From: Phoronis australis
Taxonomy: Eukaryota; Animalia; Phoronida
NCBI GenBank assembly: GCA_002633005.1
Contig: NMRA01000153.1
Coordinates: 734,067-798,066, forward strand
Reading direction: 5' to 3'
DNA: 64,000 nt
Below are positions 1 through 11,600 of this stretch, one piece after another. A program made the translations under genes and the position numbers. The notes under the pieces are model-generated. The model made no database searches and was not told where the DNA came from. It saw only the letters and a list, made by a program, of their open reading frames with translations. Positions within the stretch are counted from its first letter, which is position 1. Each line of letters opens with the position of its first letter.

Positions 1-426
1 AAAAAAATCGGATTTGATATGAAATTTCCGCGGCAAATTCCTTTCTTACCGCGGCGTTGCAGACGACGTTCACCTCGGAAAGCGGAAGTCTTTATGTTTC
101 GGAGGAATGTAAATTGTCAACATTGCCGGGGCATCTGGGTGAAGCGTGGTGTGATTTTTAATGGCGGCTCGTGTTTATTGTTAAGCGCGGCGACAAATAC
201 TACCGCTCTGTAGCCAAATTTGTGTGGGTTGGGAGTGGACGGGCGAGCGAAAAGGACGCAGACGCATGCTACTGATGGTGGTAACTTTTTTTTTTTTTTT
301 TTATTTTAGTCCTCCCGATTTTTGTGGCGGAAAGGTTCACATTGACCATTTCAAAGGCTGGTTATCGGGCATGATTTGGGCCGTAAAAGTTTCCGCGTTT
401 TTTGTCATTGGTCATTCTAAGCCCTG
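1..426 (-). mobile_element. End of a hAT-like DNA transposon (CAGGGC terminus) inserted into the 5' LTR of the TRIM; runs off the window
   Basis: Ends in ...tctaagccctg (rc cagggcttaga), directly abutting a truncated LTR copy. The other end is not in the window. Confidence 0.4.
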
Positions 427-881
427 CTGAATGGTTAGCACGCTTGCCGGTTTTATGGGGGTCGCTGGTTCGGGTGATCTTGGCTATTACTACAAATGGC
501 GTAGTTGGCAAACGGATGATCTACCGATGAAGCACTGCCAACTAGTACCCACGGATCTCGGGACGGTGCGTGTGGAAGCTTCCAGGAGTCAAGGACCTTT
601 ATGAGAGACTACCTTGTGTTCACCTGTGTTGTGGTGGTAAAGGTACCAAGGGACGTTGATGACCTGTATGCGAGACATCCTGGTGTTCACCTCCCTGGTC
701 GCGTGCCCGTTCTGTAGGGAAGGGGGGAATGTTGTAGTTGTCCTTCCGGTGAATTATATGAGCCTCTGTTAGCTACTCGCTAACGGGCAATTGCCTATTA
801 GCTGAATGGTAAGCACGCTTGCCGGTTTTATGGGGGTCGCTGGTTCGATTCCCGAATCGGGTAATCTCGGCTATTACTACA
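426..881 (+). mobile_element. Non-autonomous miniature LTR retrotransposon (TRIM) with tRNA-like LTRs
   Basis: Partial 5' LTR 426-494 ends in ...attactaca. PBS tggcgtagttggca at 497-510, 235-bp noncoding interior, PPT agggaaggggggaa at 716-729. 3' LTR 730-881 runs TG...CA with A-box tagctgaatgg (799-809) and B-box ggttcgattccc (842-853). Confidence 0.85.
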
Positions 882-2093
882 ATTGGTTTGTGGCAGTACG
901 TTTAGAGTCTAAAAGTTTTAGACTAGACGCTAAATTAAATCTGCCTGAAGGCTGTGGATAATGACGTGGTAAATTTGCCTCTCACTATATAGAGGGCTCC
1001 AAGCTCAGCAAAACATTTTCCGCATGAGACTGTGTGATTGTGAGAGCCCAGCGCCTAAGCCACATAAGGCTGTAGGCCTATTGTTGTGATAGACCATCCG
1101 GAGTTGAGGCAGACTGGGCTACTTCGGATGGTCAGAAACTGCAAGTCTTTCCGCTCGATTACTCTTTACTGTACTTCAATCTGACTGCATTAAGATAAGA
1201 GCTGCCTGAAGAATTAAGACGCTTGCTTTCATTTGTTGCCCTTTTTGTCGATGAAAACAGAGTTCACATTTGAATTCCTCCTAAAAATTTGAGCACATGT
1301 GGACCTTTTTTCATACAAAAATCGGTCAAGTTTTGTGGGAGATAGCTGTATTTTGGATCAAGTGATTTGATTGTCCATCCAGTATTATTACGTGCATCGG
1401 TATGTGAAAGAAATATTTTTTATATGTCTAACACTGACCATTCATCAACTAAACGTATATATTGTAGCCTGTGGGGAAATTGATTTTAGTTGAAAGTAAT
1501 CATGCGTATCATGCCATTGTATTCAACAACTTTGTAATCAGTCGTATTGGAATAAAGTCTTTTTTCAGAATTGTCCCTTAGACCCAGCGCTACAATTGAT
1601 CGCTTTGTCTATGCAACTCAGCTCTGTTTTAATCCTCTGCTCATGACTGCACTAGTTCTGCACTAGCACCTGTGCTAGAGCCGATAATATACCCGTGTAT
1701 TGGTTGTGTGAGTTGCATTTGTAATTTACGATGTATAGCAAAATACATTTGTGTACGAAACTACACCATCAAACAAAAAGTAAATCTTTAAAATTGCCTT
1801 TGTTCACATCTGAGGAGACTGAAGTAATGTGTGTAGTGTTGTGAAACGGAACTTATAAAACATTTTGTGATTGATTATATACTACACTGTGACGTCAAAA
1901 TATTAGATGTGTCAAGGGACAGACATCCAGAAAAATGGCATGAACATTCCTTTGTTACGCAGTGTTGTATTGTAACGCATTTTATATTTATTTTGAATAA
2001 TTGAAGGGCATGCGTTTCTGCCCTGAATGCTCTGTGATATTCCTGATTTCTAAGTTCTGTCTTGAATTTAATGTATGCTATTTATTTTCAGCT

Positions 2094-4232
2094 ATGGGGG
2101 TACAGGGGTTGACATCGTTCATCGATGCCAACTCACATCTGCTGAATGACTTCAAGCTGTGCAATACCCGAATTATCATAGACGGAAACAATCTTTATCA
2201 CTTCCTGTATTATAACTCTGCCGTTCTACATCAATATGCGGGCGACTATGATACGTTTGCAAAAGCCGTAAAACACTTCTTTCAAGTTCTGCAGTCTTGT
2301 AACGTGGAACCATTTTTGGTGTTTGATGGTGGGTATGAAGCGGACAATCGCAAACTACGAACGGTGTTATCTCGTTGCAAAGAAAGGATTCACTTAGCAG
2401 GTTTTCTATCACATGGAGGCCGAGGCAAAATACTGCCAATACTGGCAGAGGAGGTGTTTTTGCATGTTTTGCAAGATCTTGGTGTAAAATACGCTACCTG
2501 TGAGTTGGAAGCTGACGATCAAATAGCCGCTCTTGCAAATTTGTGGCACTGTCCAGTATTGTCAAATGACTCGGATTTCTTTATCTTCGATATTCCTGGT
2601 GGCTATATTCCTCTAGGGTATTTCGACCTCCATGTGTATCATGGCAGCAAAGCCACCAATGATGAAAACCAGAAATGTCTGTCCGTTCAAATTTATTTTT
2701 GTGACAATCTACTGAAACTTTTTTCCTTGGGCAAAGCTTATCTTCCACTGATTGCAACCCTTCTTGGAAATGACTACATTGACAAAGGTGTGTTTAATGC
2801 ATTTTACTCCAAAGAAATTTTTGCTGGGAAAGCTAAAGTGAAAAGATTGCCTAAACAGTTGTCCGGTCAGAGGTTCCAAAAGATTACTGGTCTGCTGTCG
2901 TGGCTGAGAAGTCGTTACACAGTGAAAGAAGCTCTAGCTGATGTGACTTCTTGCTTTAAGAAAGAAAACGCAAGTTCCATCTATCAAGCAATTTGCCAAT
3001 CAATGGCATGTTATGAACTTCCCAGCACAGATTTAAAAGAACTGTTTGAGGAGGGATGCGACAATGTGCCTCAGAGCACTATCAAATCTTACAATAAATC
3101 GAGCCTTCCATTTTGGTTCATGAGGGAAATAAGACAGAATTGTCTTCCAGTGTTTCTTCTGAATGCTGTGCGTTTGCACCGTGTTCTTCTTTTGAGTCAA
3201 GTGGAAAACATGCAGAAACCCTCAGCTTATTTGTCAGCGTTATCCCTGAGGCAGGTTATTTATGGAATTCTGTTGAGGAATGATACTTCAAGTGTGTGTG
3301 AAGACAAACGCAGGGGAGACGAAGCCAGATCTGATTGTATTGAGGAATATGACAGAGAACAGAAGAAGCTGGTCTGCAATGTTGTCAAACCAGTGTTTAC
3401 TGTTCCTTGGTATGGTAATCTGCCATTCTTGTCAGACATCCCCGGCCTGTCAAAGGAGAACCGGTGTGAATTGGTTTACAGCGCTTTAGAAGTGACCACC
3501 GATATGAGGCTTGCTGTTACTAATTTCAGTGAGAGGATACGTTTTTTCTTAGCCCTGCTGGTTTTTGCAGTAAGGAAATCTACACAAAGATGTACTTTAG
3601 CTCAACTCAAAGCTATTATAGTGTGCGTAATTAAAGTAAGTTTGGAGTCTACTTTCTCCCACTGTGTCTGTGAAGTACCACTAAAGGAAGGAGAAGTACA
3701 GCTTGCCAGAGATAATTTGAAGAAGTTTAATTCATCACCCAAGGATATAGCGCACAACACAGAACTGGACATAGGTTGCATTCATACCTATGCACAAATT
3801 CAAGCTTGCTTTCAAGCCGGAGTTTATCTGAATCGTCTTTTGTTGCGACCGTTTCCAACTCTTAACCCAGCTCAGTTTTTCAACGGCTCCTTCATCTATA
3901 ATTATTGTCGTGAATTGAAGTCGCGGGCTAACCCCGACTTGTACACTGCGGAAATGCTGGGGAGGAGTAGTCCTTTAACAGAAGTGTACAATTCATGGCT
4001 AACTTTTATTTGCGGATCTGTAGACAATGATGTGTTTGCCCCGGATGAAAAACGTGGCATAAAGAAGTCAAAAAAGCGCGGGAAGGCCAAAGCTTCTGCA
4101 AGTGTTATGTCAAGTGACGATTCTGACCATATCGTGGATAACCCTTGTGAGAAAGGTACTCGACTAGAGGCAAACTGTGAGCTTAGCAATCGATTTGGAA
4201 ATTTGATGATTGATGATGACAGTGATGGTTAA
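2094..4232 (+). CDS. ASTE1: Protein asteroid homolog 1 (XPG/FEN1-like PIN-domain nuclease), 712 aa, single coding exon
   Basis: MGVQGLTSFI start lies 2 nt after the splice acceptor tttattttcag (AG at 2090-2091). PIN motifs IIDGNN, VFDGG, EADDQIA, SNDSDF and LLGNDY are present, with an asteroid-like C-terminal region. Confidence 0.9.
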   Translation: MGVQGLTSFIDANSHLLNDFKLCNTRIIIDGNNLYHFLYYNSAVLHQYAGDYDTFAKAVKHFFQVLQSCNVEPFLVFDGGYEADNRKLRTVLSRCKERIHLAGFLSHGGRGKILPILAEEVFLHVLQDLGVKYATCELEADDQIAALANLWHCPVLSNDSDFFIFDIPGGYIPLGYFDLHVYHGSKATNDENQKCLSVQIYFCDNLLKLFSLGKAYLPLIATLLGNDYIDKGVFNAFYSKEIFAGKAKVKRLPKQLSGQRFQKITGLLSWLRSRYTVKEALADVTSCFKKENASSIYQAICQSMACYELPSTDLKELFEEGCDNVPQSTIKSYNKSSLPFWFMREIRQNCLPVFLLNAVRLHRVLLLSQVENMQKPSAYLSALSLRQVIYGILLRNDTSSVCEDKRRGDEARSDCIEEYDREQKKLVCNVVKPVFTVPWYGNLPFLSDIPGLSKENRCELVYSALEVTTDMRLAVTNFSERIRFFLALLVFAVRKSTQRCTLAQLKAIIVCVIKVSLESTFSHCVCEVPLKEGEVQLARDNLKKFNSSPKDIAHNTELDIGCIHTYAQIQACFQAGVYLNRLLLRPFPTLNPAQFFNGSFIYNYCRELKSRANPDLYTAEMLGRSSPLTEVYNSWLTFICGSVDNDVFAPDEKRGIKKSKKRGKAKASASVMSSDDSDHIVDNPCEKGTRLEANCELSNRFGNLMIDDDSDG

Positions 4233-5263
4233 GTGGATTGTTGGACACTAGTCTTGAACATGGAAGCTTAAACATTGGATCGGCCAATGGTCTGGGTTAA
4301 TCAACATACAAGTCAGCTTTTTAACAACTCTGTGACTAGCCAGTTTAGATCTCCTATTCAGAGCTGATAGTTATTAATTTTGATATATCCACTCAAGAAG
4401 AGTATAACTGAATATTTTAGGTGTATGCATCACTCTGTAATTTTAAAAGAAGAAAAATAATGAATTGTGTACTTTGAAGCATTTAAAACTTAACATGAAC
4501 ACCAAAATTACTCTTACTGTTTATAAATCCTCAAAATTACTCAGATGACAAGCTGCTTCTTTGTACTATCATATAATTTCTTTGCACTGTTTTTATTGTG
4601 TCTACGTAGGTAAATTTTGTTTCAGTGCAACCTATTTGTTGTCCTGTCATATTTGTCAAAATGTATCTGTCGAAAATAGTTTTATCATTGTATTTTAATT
4701 GGTGTTGGCCGAAATAAGAGTTTAATTGTCTGTTTAATATCTCAAAAATCATGAAAATGTGCTCACAGGATTGGAAAACGGTTCCACCTTCAAGTAAGAT
4801 TTAGGTACTAGCATCTGACAAGAGAAAATGAACAAGAAGGGGATGAAAGCCACTTAAACACTGCCAAACTTTGAATTTTATTCTGGACCAAGCATTCCGA
4901 TTGGTCTTGAAAGGTGTTTTGAATCCCCAAAAAGCTAACTTACTTTGATGTTGACCTCTATGTGGCCTGTATCAGTAAAATGTAACTTTCCCGAGTTCTT
5001 ACACAGGATCTGAACAGAGTAAGGCTTACATGTACGTGGCTTAAAGTTACCATTGCCTGGGCTCCGTTAAAAACACTGAATTTTTTTAGATTACTCCCAG
5101 TTGTGCTGTGAGTGTGTGGCATCGTCAAAAAGTGAGGTCTACGTGTACAACGTGTTAGTGAAATGGGCCCGTTTGAAGCGATTTTAACAATTAGTTACAG
5201 TGACAGAGGTTTTGCTCGGAGCAGAATGACCTGCCGGTCAAGCCACCTTATTCAGTAACAAAG

Positions 5264-5508
5264 CACGCGCGCACCCAGCCTTCGGTATGCGGGGCTCGAA
5301 TTTCTGTCGATGTGGATCTTTTGCTGACAGAACATGGGCAAGACTAAAGAAAAACGGGGTACGCTGTGCGTCTTCGTCTTTTTAGGGGATTTTGCCTCGT
5401 TTTCTCGGAGTTTTTGTTTCTCCGAGGTGGACCTTTTTGCCCATTTCGCCAAATGGGGGAGGGGCTCGTTCGAGCCCCTCAAGCCCCTCCCCCCTGGGTG
5501 CGCGCATG
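5264..5508 (-). mobile_element. MITE family A (CATGCGCGCACCCA TIR), 5-bp TSD CAAAG
   Basis: TIRs cacgcgcgcacccag / ctgggtgcgcgcatg with caaag on both sides. Similar to the copies at 13387, 16125 and 19727. Confidence 0.85.
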
Positions 5509-5989
5509 CAAAGTCGGTTAGTCTAAAGCCCAGAAAGAAATTTAATCTCCGGTAAGGAACATTTTGAGATCAGGATTGCATTTGAGTTTCATAAACATGG
5601 TTTCTCGCGAAGAAATTAAGAACTGTCAAGACTTCCTGAGATATCGCCTTGTATTGTAGACAAGCACGTGATCACACTGCTTTCTTTCAGTGAGATTCTT
5701 GCGTCCACGAAACTACCATTTTTATAACACTGAAGTTAAAGTCGGTACTAAAAAGTTCTTACTTTTGAAAGTGTGAAATTTTAACGAAAGGCAACACTGG
5801 CTGAAACTGGCTTGCGGGCTGTGAGTATTTAAAAAATACTTGTTGCGTGTCTGAATAGCGACAATGTCGTCAAAATTGCCCACTGTCAAAAACAACTGAG
5901 ACTGTTTTTTACTTATTAACTAGGATTTGTCGGAAATTTTTTTCCTTGTTTGCTTATGTAGCCTAGGAATAGGTAATCGTGATTCAAGG

Positions 5990-6852
5990 GGTGACCGTTC
6001 CGCGAGCCTTGTGCATTTTTTATATATGCAAATTTAGGCCACCGTTATGGAAAATTCTATTTTAGCTTATAACTTCCTTAGCAAGCATTGCAGACTGTTT
6101 TGATGTCTTCATCCATGTTTCCATGGTCAGTGACCTAATGGAGCAACTTTGTTGGTGGATACATTGTGCATTTGCATAATTTATGCAAATTAAGACCATC
6201 ATTATTCAAATTCTATGTCCATATAGCTGCGGTACGAGGCATCACAGGTAAACTAAATTGATATTTTCATCCATGTTTCTGTGGTCATCAGTTTGTAAAG
6301 TGTTGCATAATACATTTGCGTAATGTATGCAAATAAAAGCCACCTGTTTCGTGCTCATAATTTCCTTATGCGGCACTACATCTGGTTGATTTCCATATTG
6401 GCCCTATATAAATTTATGTGGTAATGATTTACGTATATGCAAATTTAGGCCGTTATTATTCAAGCCTTGAGAGTTAATACTTGTTAATGGCCGCTGTACC
6501 AGACATCAGGGCCCAGTTTCATAAAAGTTATACGCCGTATAGCAACAATGACGTCGCATTATTACGCGTCACGTTGTTATTGTTGAGCAATTCTCCTGAC
6601 GACATACAAAAATCAAACTTATCTAGCGGATAACTTTGAAGTTTTGTGCAATTCAGCACAGAGATAAGTTATATTCAAGTTATATGTGCACCCATGTTTC
6701 TGTGGTCAGTTAATTTAATTAAATCATGTTGCGTTCGAGACTGTATGAAAAAGATATCGGCACGACGGTCTTGAAGCAGATGACCGGACTAGAGTGGTAC
6801 GAATCGGTCAAACCGCTGGAACCTTTTAAGGTTCCAGCGGATCAATCATAGT
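5990..6852 (+). mobile_element. Helentron-associated (HINE)/Helitron-like non-autonomous element
   Basis: Imperfect subterminal inverted repeat (tgaccgttccg near 5992 vs cgaatcggtca at 6800-6810). Internal repeated units carry tatgcaaatttaggcc. A 13-bp-stem hairpin ccgctggaacctt-tt-aaggttccagcgg lies at 6813-6840. Confidence 0.5.
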
Positions 6853-8118
6853 TCTTAAAAGAACATGCCAAAGACGCTGTAGTGGTCATTGGCAGGACTG
6901 CTACACCAATAGTTAATGTACACGAAGCATGTTAGCAGACTTCGAGAACAGTTGAGTTTATGGCAACACTGTAAGAGGGCGACAATCATGACATCAACTA
7001 CCAAATCAGTACAAGATGGACGTGTTTGGTGTATTCAAGGTAGATGGTGTTGTTGTCAAACAATAGCGACATTGACATAAAGGGCGTGACCGTTTCTCAT
7101 TAGCTTGTTTCATTATCCGAATTCACGATGTATACTCCAAGAGACTTGGTTCATTGAATTCACTGACCACAGAAACGGAAGTGAAAACTCTAAAATAATT
7201 TGCTTGCAGTGCAGTAGCATGCAGATGTTTTGTGATGCATGGGGCGATTTTTCATTGGATGCCCCTCTCTCTACTCAACTGTACGGAACTTAGGACAAAG
7301 AAAACTAAAAACGATGAACCGTAAAATAGAGATTTTATTCAGTTTAACTGCAAACCAGTCACAATTTCAAGACGTTATATTGTGGTTGTACCCAACCCCG
7401 ATGTGGATGCCGAGGTCGTTTGCTCCCCCTACCTTCTGCATGCTACCGTTGCAGTGTCTTGCAAGGAAATTCTATGCAAAAATACACTTTTGCATAATGG
7501 CTGCTTTAATTTGCAAAAAAGAAACTCCCAATCCAGGTTCTGTGGCCTGATTCTCGGGCTACTCACCAGAAGCTCCCTTGCAATCATTTTTTATTTTCTT
7601 CAAGTAGTCAATCCGTGATTCAGTTTCAGTTTGCGTAGCCTAGGCTAAAATTTTACAATTGCGTAAGCTGCGCTTTAATATTGATGGAAATTGCATGTTG
7701 TTTAGGAGTCGCAACCATCACCATAAGATAGTGCCTGAGCCAATAAGTAAAATTTAGGCACTGAGTCGCCTATATGCGAAACACTTGACAAAAAGTACTT
7801 GGATACGTAGGGGTATGGGCTCGTATAGGAACTTAACTGGTGGTGGTGTCATGACTGAGTAGTAAACGTCAGGTTCGGTAGGTTTCGTGCTATGTGCGCC
7901 TGCCTTATTTCGAACATATATGAAGGAGGTATTTTGCCCGATGCCCTTTTAATGATAAGTAGGTCTATGTATGCCTATATTTTTCCAAGGACCCGCGCTC
8001 ATTCGGAAATCTCCCGTACAAAGAACCTTTTTCTAACGTGACATGTTGACAAAGTATATTCTAAGCTGATAATAGAGAATTGTTTACAATACATCAATAT
8101 TTTGTGCAATGATTGTCT

Positions 8119-8693
8119 TTAATTCTTTATTGGTGTGGCTGCATCGTCTGGTATCTGAAACTCCTCAGAAATCTCTGCCATTTCCTCGGAGTCGCTGTCT
8201 TCGTCATCGGCAGCAACGTCCTTATCACTAAGACTTAGTTCAGATAATACAACCGGTAGAGTCTTGCCTTTCATAGAATCAACTACGTTGGGATGTGGCT
8301 TGTACTTACTATCATCAAACGGTTCTATGTAGTCAGCTATGAATGAAGGACACCCTCTCGGGTCGTGACCACTTTGTGGCGCCTTCCAGAATTCGCGTTG
8401 AGCTTGAGGTAACGGCTTATTTTTATTTAGATCTATTTCTTCTGATAGCCAACAGCTTAGCTCATCTGAGAAGAACATCTGAAACGTGTCGTACACATGG
8501 TCTCGTTTCTTCACAATCTTTGTTTTGCGTAAAGTTGATGGGTCGAGGAAATGCTTCAAAGGTTTCCATATTGCGCGGAACAGAGCGTTTGGTTTCACTA
8601 CAATGACTTGGCCCAATCTCTCTGGGTAGTGCTTCGCTAGGTCTTGTATCACGCTATACCCAAGTTTTGGGTTACATGCCTGGAGCGTCATGC
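8119..8693 (-). CDS. CRAL-TRIO gene exon 4 (terminal)
   Basis: Acceptor gttgcag; encodes GMTLQACNPKLG...HYPERLG... and an acidic tail, then the stop codon. Confidence 0.9.
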
Positions 8694-11600
8694 CTGCAAC
8701 AAACGAATGCAGGCGTGTTACATGGGCGGCGCAGCACTGAAAAAAGTAGGGTGCTAAAGCCCCCTCAGCCCCTCTGTGGAGCACTGCCTATAAACCATGT
8801 GCGCCGTAGCACTGAAAAATGGAGGGGCTATTGCCCCCTATGGTGCGCCGCCCATGTGTTATTCAACTCGTCTTATTTCTGAGCTCATATCATTGTAAAC
8901 TCAGACCATATTAGGTAATGAAATACATTAGTGACGCCACGAGTCTGTTTCATTACAGTTACTTAAGAATAAGACATAAATTTGGTCTTACCGCTCCCAC
9001 TTCACAGTTGCTGAAAACTGGTTTAGACAAATAATTACGAGTGCATCACAGTCTACAAATAATAGACATTATCTCAATAACTGCCATCGGGAGGACATGG
9101 TTATGTCCCCTTCTGGCAATTATGTGTCCATTCTCGGACACGGGTACACTTTTGATCAAGTTTGATTTAACTATTTTTGGAATAGCTGTGTGAAGCGTCA
9201 GACCATATAGCTGTGTGAAGCGTAACTGAGACCATATAGGGCCTAGCTGTGTGAAGTGCAAGACCATGCAGCTGTGTGAAGCGTAAGACCATATAGCTGT
9301 GTGAAGCGTAACTGAGACCATATAGGGCCTAGCTGTGTGAAGTGTAAGACCATGCAGCTGTGTGAAGCGTAAGACCATATAACTGTGTACAGAGTAAAAC
9401 CATATAGCTGCAGAGGCGGATTTAGAGGGGGCCAAGGGGGCCATGGCCCCCCTAAAATTCTCCCAGATTCCATTTGGCAGTACGGGGGTGCGAATGTCTG
9501 ACAGCAAAATCCTGCCCTGCCCCCCCCTAACTAAAAATCCTGGATCCGCCCCTGAGCTGTGTGAAGCGTAAGACAATTTTGCTGTGTGAAGCGTAAGACC
9601 ATATAACTGTGAAGCGTAAGACCATATTTATAAATTAAGTCATGGGCGGCGCAGCAATGAAAAAAGTGGGGGACTAAAGCCCCCTCAGCCCCCTGTGGTG
9701 CACCGCCTACAGACCATATTCGGCGTAGCACTGAAAAAAGTGGGGGCTATAACCCCCCAGCCCCCTATGGTGCGCCGCCCGTGTAAATCTTGATTCACTT
9801 TTCATGAAACAGACCCCAGATCATGTTCATGATGACCACATAATCTCTCCTTAATCAGGCTAAATGGCCTTTTTATCATTTGCGATTAGTGGAATTAAAA
9901 CTGCACAAGGTTTTACGAGTTTTCAGTTTTCAAATTGTTTCACAAACACGTTGAGATAAGTGGTATTTGAATGCCAATGTTTCAGATTTTTCTGGAAACA
10001 CCTATTAAATCTCTGAAAGACTGTTTTTAGAGAATGCAAAGACTTGCGGCTCTTGTTCCCGGATCAAAAATGACATTTCGTTAACGTACAAATTGGTTAA
10101 TTTGAATTTTAACGATCTTATTCGCCAACCTTGGATCCAGCAATTTTAATTAAAGGGTCTTCGGTAACCGTTTTAGAGGTTGAATGAGTGCTCCGTCAAC
10201 CGCCAGTCCAAGATTTTGTACAGCCGGCGTTTTCAACGGGTTCACAACTGCGCGTCTCAGTGTTCTGTGCTCGGTTGAATGAAACAGTCCCAAATAGGGA
10301 CTCAACTAAGGTCCCTAAATCTATTGCGTATTTGCGGGCTTGTGAAAACACTGATTGTCATATCTTATGGTGTTTGAGTACCATTACTAAGCCAATTTTT
10401 GGCTTTATACAAATCGAGAGTGTACTATTATTGAAAATAAGTAGGGATCTTTTCATGCAACGCACCCAAGTTAAGGAGTAAGTCCCTAACTGTTTTGATT
10501 GAATTGAAGGCTTAGTTTTTAGTTACATTACTAGAAAATGTCATTAGTCAAAAAAGAGCTCATAATAAAGATTAAATTATAGAAAAATATTACACCTGTG
10601 CCTAAAGAACGAAACAAATACGAAAATGATTTAGGGACCTCAGATGAGTCCCTATTTGGGACTGTTTCATGCAAGGGGGCACTGTTTACTTCTTACATGA
10701 ATGATGAAATAACCACCATCGCTTCAGCGTAACTAACAAATTACTGTACTGCAGTTTACGTCATGTGAGCTAAAATGTAATGCAGTCAATTCTAGCATTT
10801 TAATGCGTGCGTACTGCAAGAACCTATCAAGGTACCGGGATTTTCCGTAGATAAGCCCACCGAATGAAACGCCTATGGGCGTTTATTCGGAAAATTATGC
10901 CCATGTGCGTTTATTCGGTGCGTCCACTTTTAGCCAAAATTTCAGTTTTGTGGAGCATTTATCATTTATGAAAACGAATAAATTGTTGGTGAACTAAGTG
11001 TTTATTAACATAAAATTAAAAAACACAATTCTATGAAAAACAATCGCTAATATTTTCTTATCAGCCGAGGCTATGACTTTCCGTTTACATGCGACCCCTT
11101 TCCTAATAAACGCCCCAGGCGTTTATTTGGTATAACTGAAATGCCTGAAATTTTTATTACAATCCGAATACGCGCCCATTGACTTATCTACGGAAAATCC
11201 CGATATCTGTTGCAATTACCTCAACATAACATCTTCGGACGTTTACACATTCCAACGGGACAAATAGAATAAATGTAATCCCAGCAACATTGCTTCTTGT
11301 GAGAGATGTGGAAGAACCTTGAATTTACCTGTACAATCAATAACAAAAGTCCACGTGGATATACCCGTAGCCATGGTTTTCTGGGCGTTTTCCATTATGT
11401 AGGTAACGTGAGCCTTGATGTCATCCGCTGCGTATTTACGGGTAGTCGCTTGTGCGATACATGCATATATCACTGGTCTCCCCAGTTCGTCGAATCCAAC
11501 TTGTCTCTGAGAAAACCGTAAGAGTAAATACTGATTAGTGAGTACACTTTATGACTGTCACTAACTCTACACATGTTTATCGATGTTACAGGACACAAAT

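Noticed and set aside
795-862. Functional tRNA gene
   Set aside because: A and B boxes are present, but there is no good acceptor or anticodon stem and it is embedded in an LTR. The same lack of a cloverleaf applies to 40545-40611.
2001-2093. 31-aa N-terminal extension of ASTE1
   Set aside because: It starts at TTG and is intronic, ending in an acceptor. The MGV start matches the family N-terminus.
8694-8784. N-terminal part of the 221-aa minus-strand ORF
   Set aside because: It is intron plus MITE sequence; the real exon starts at 8693.
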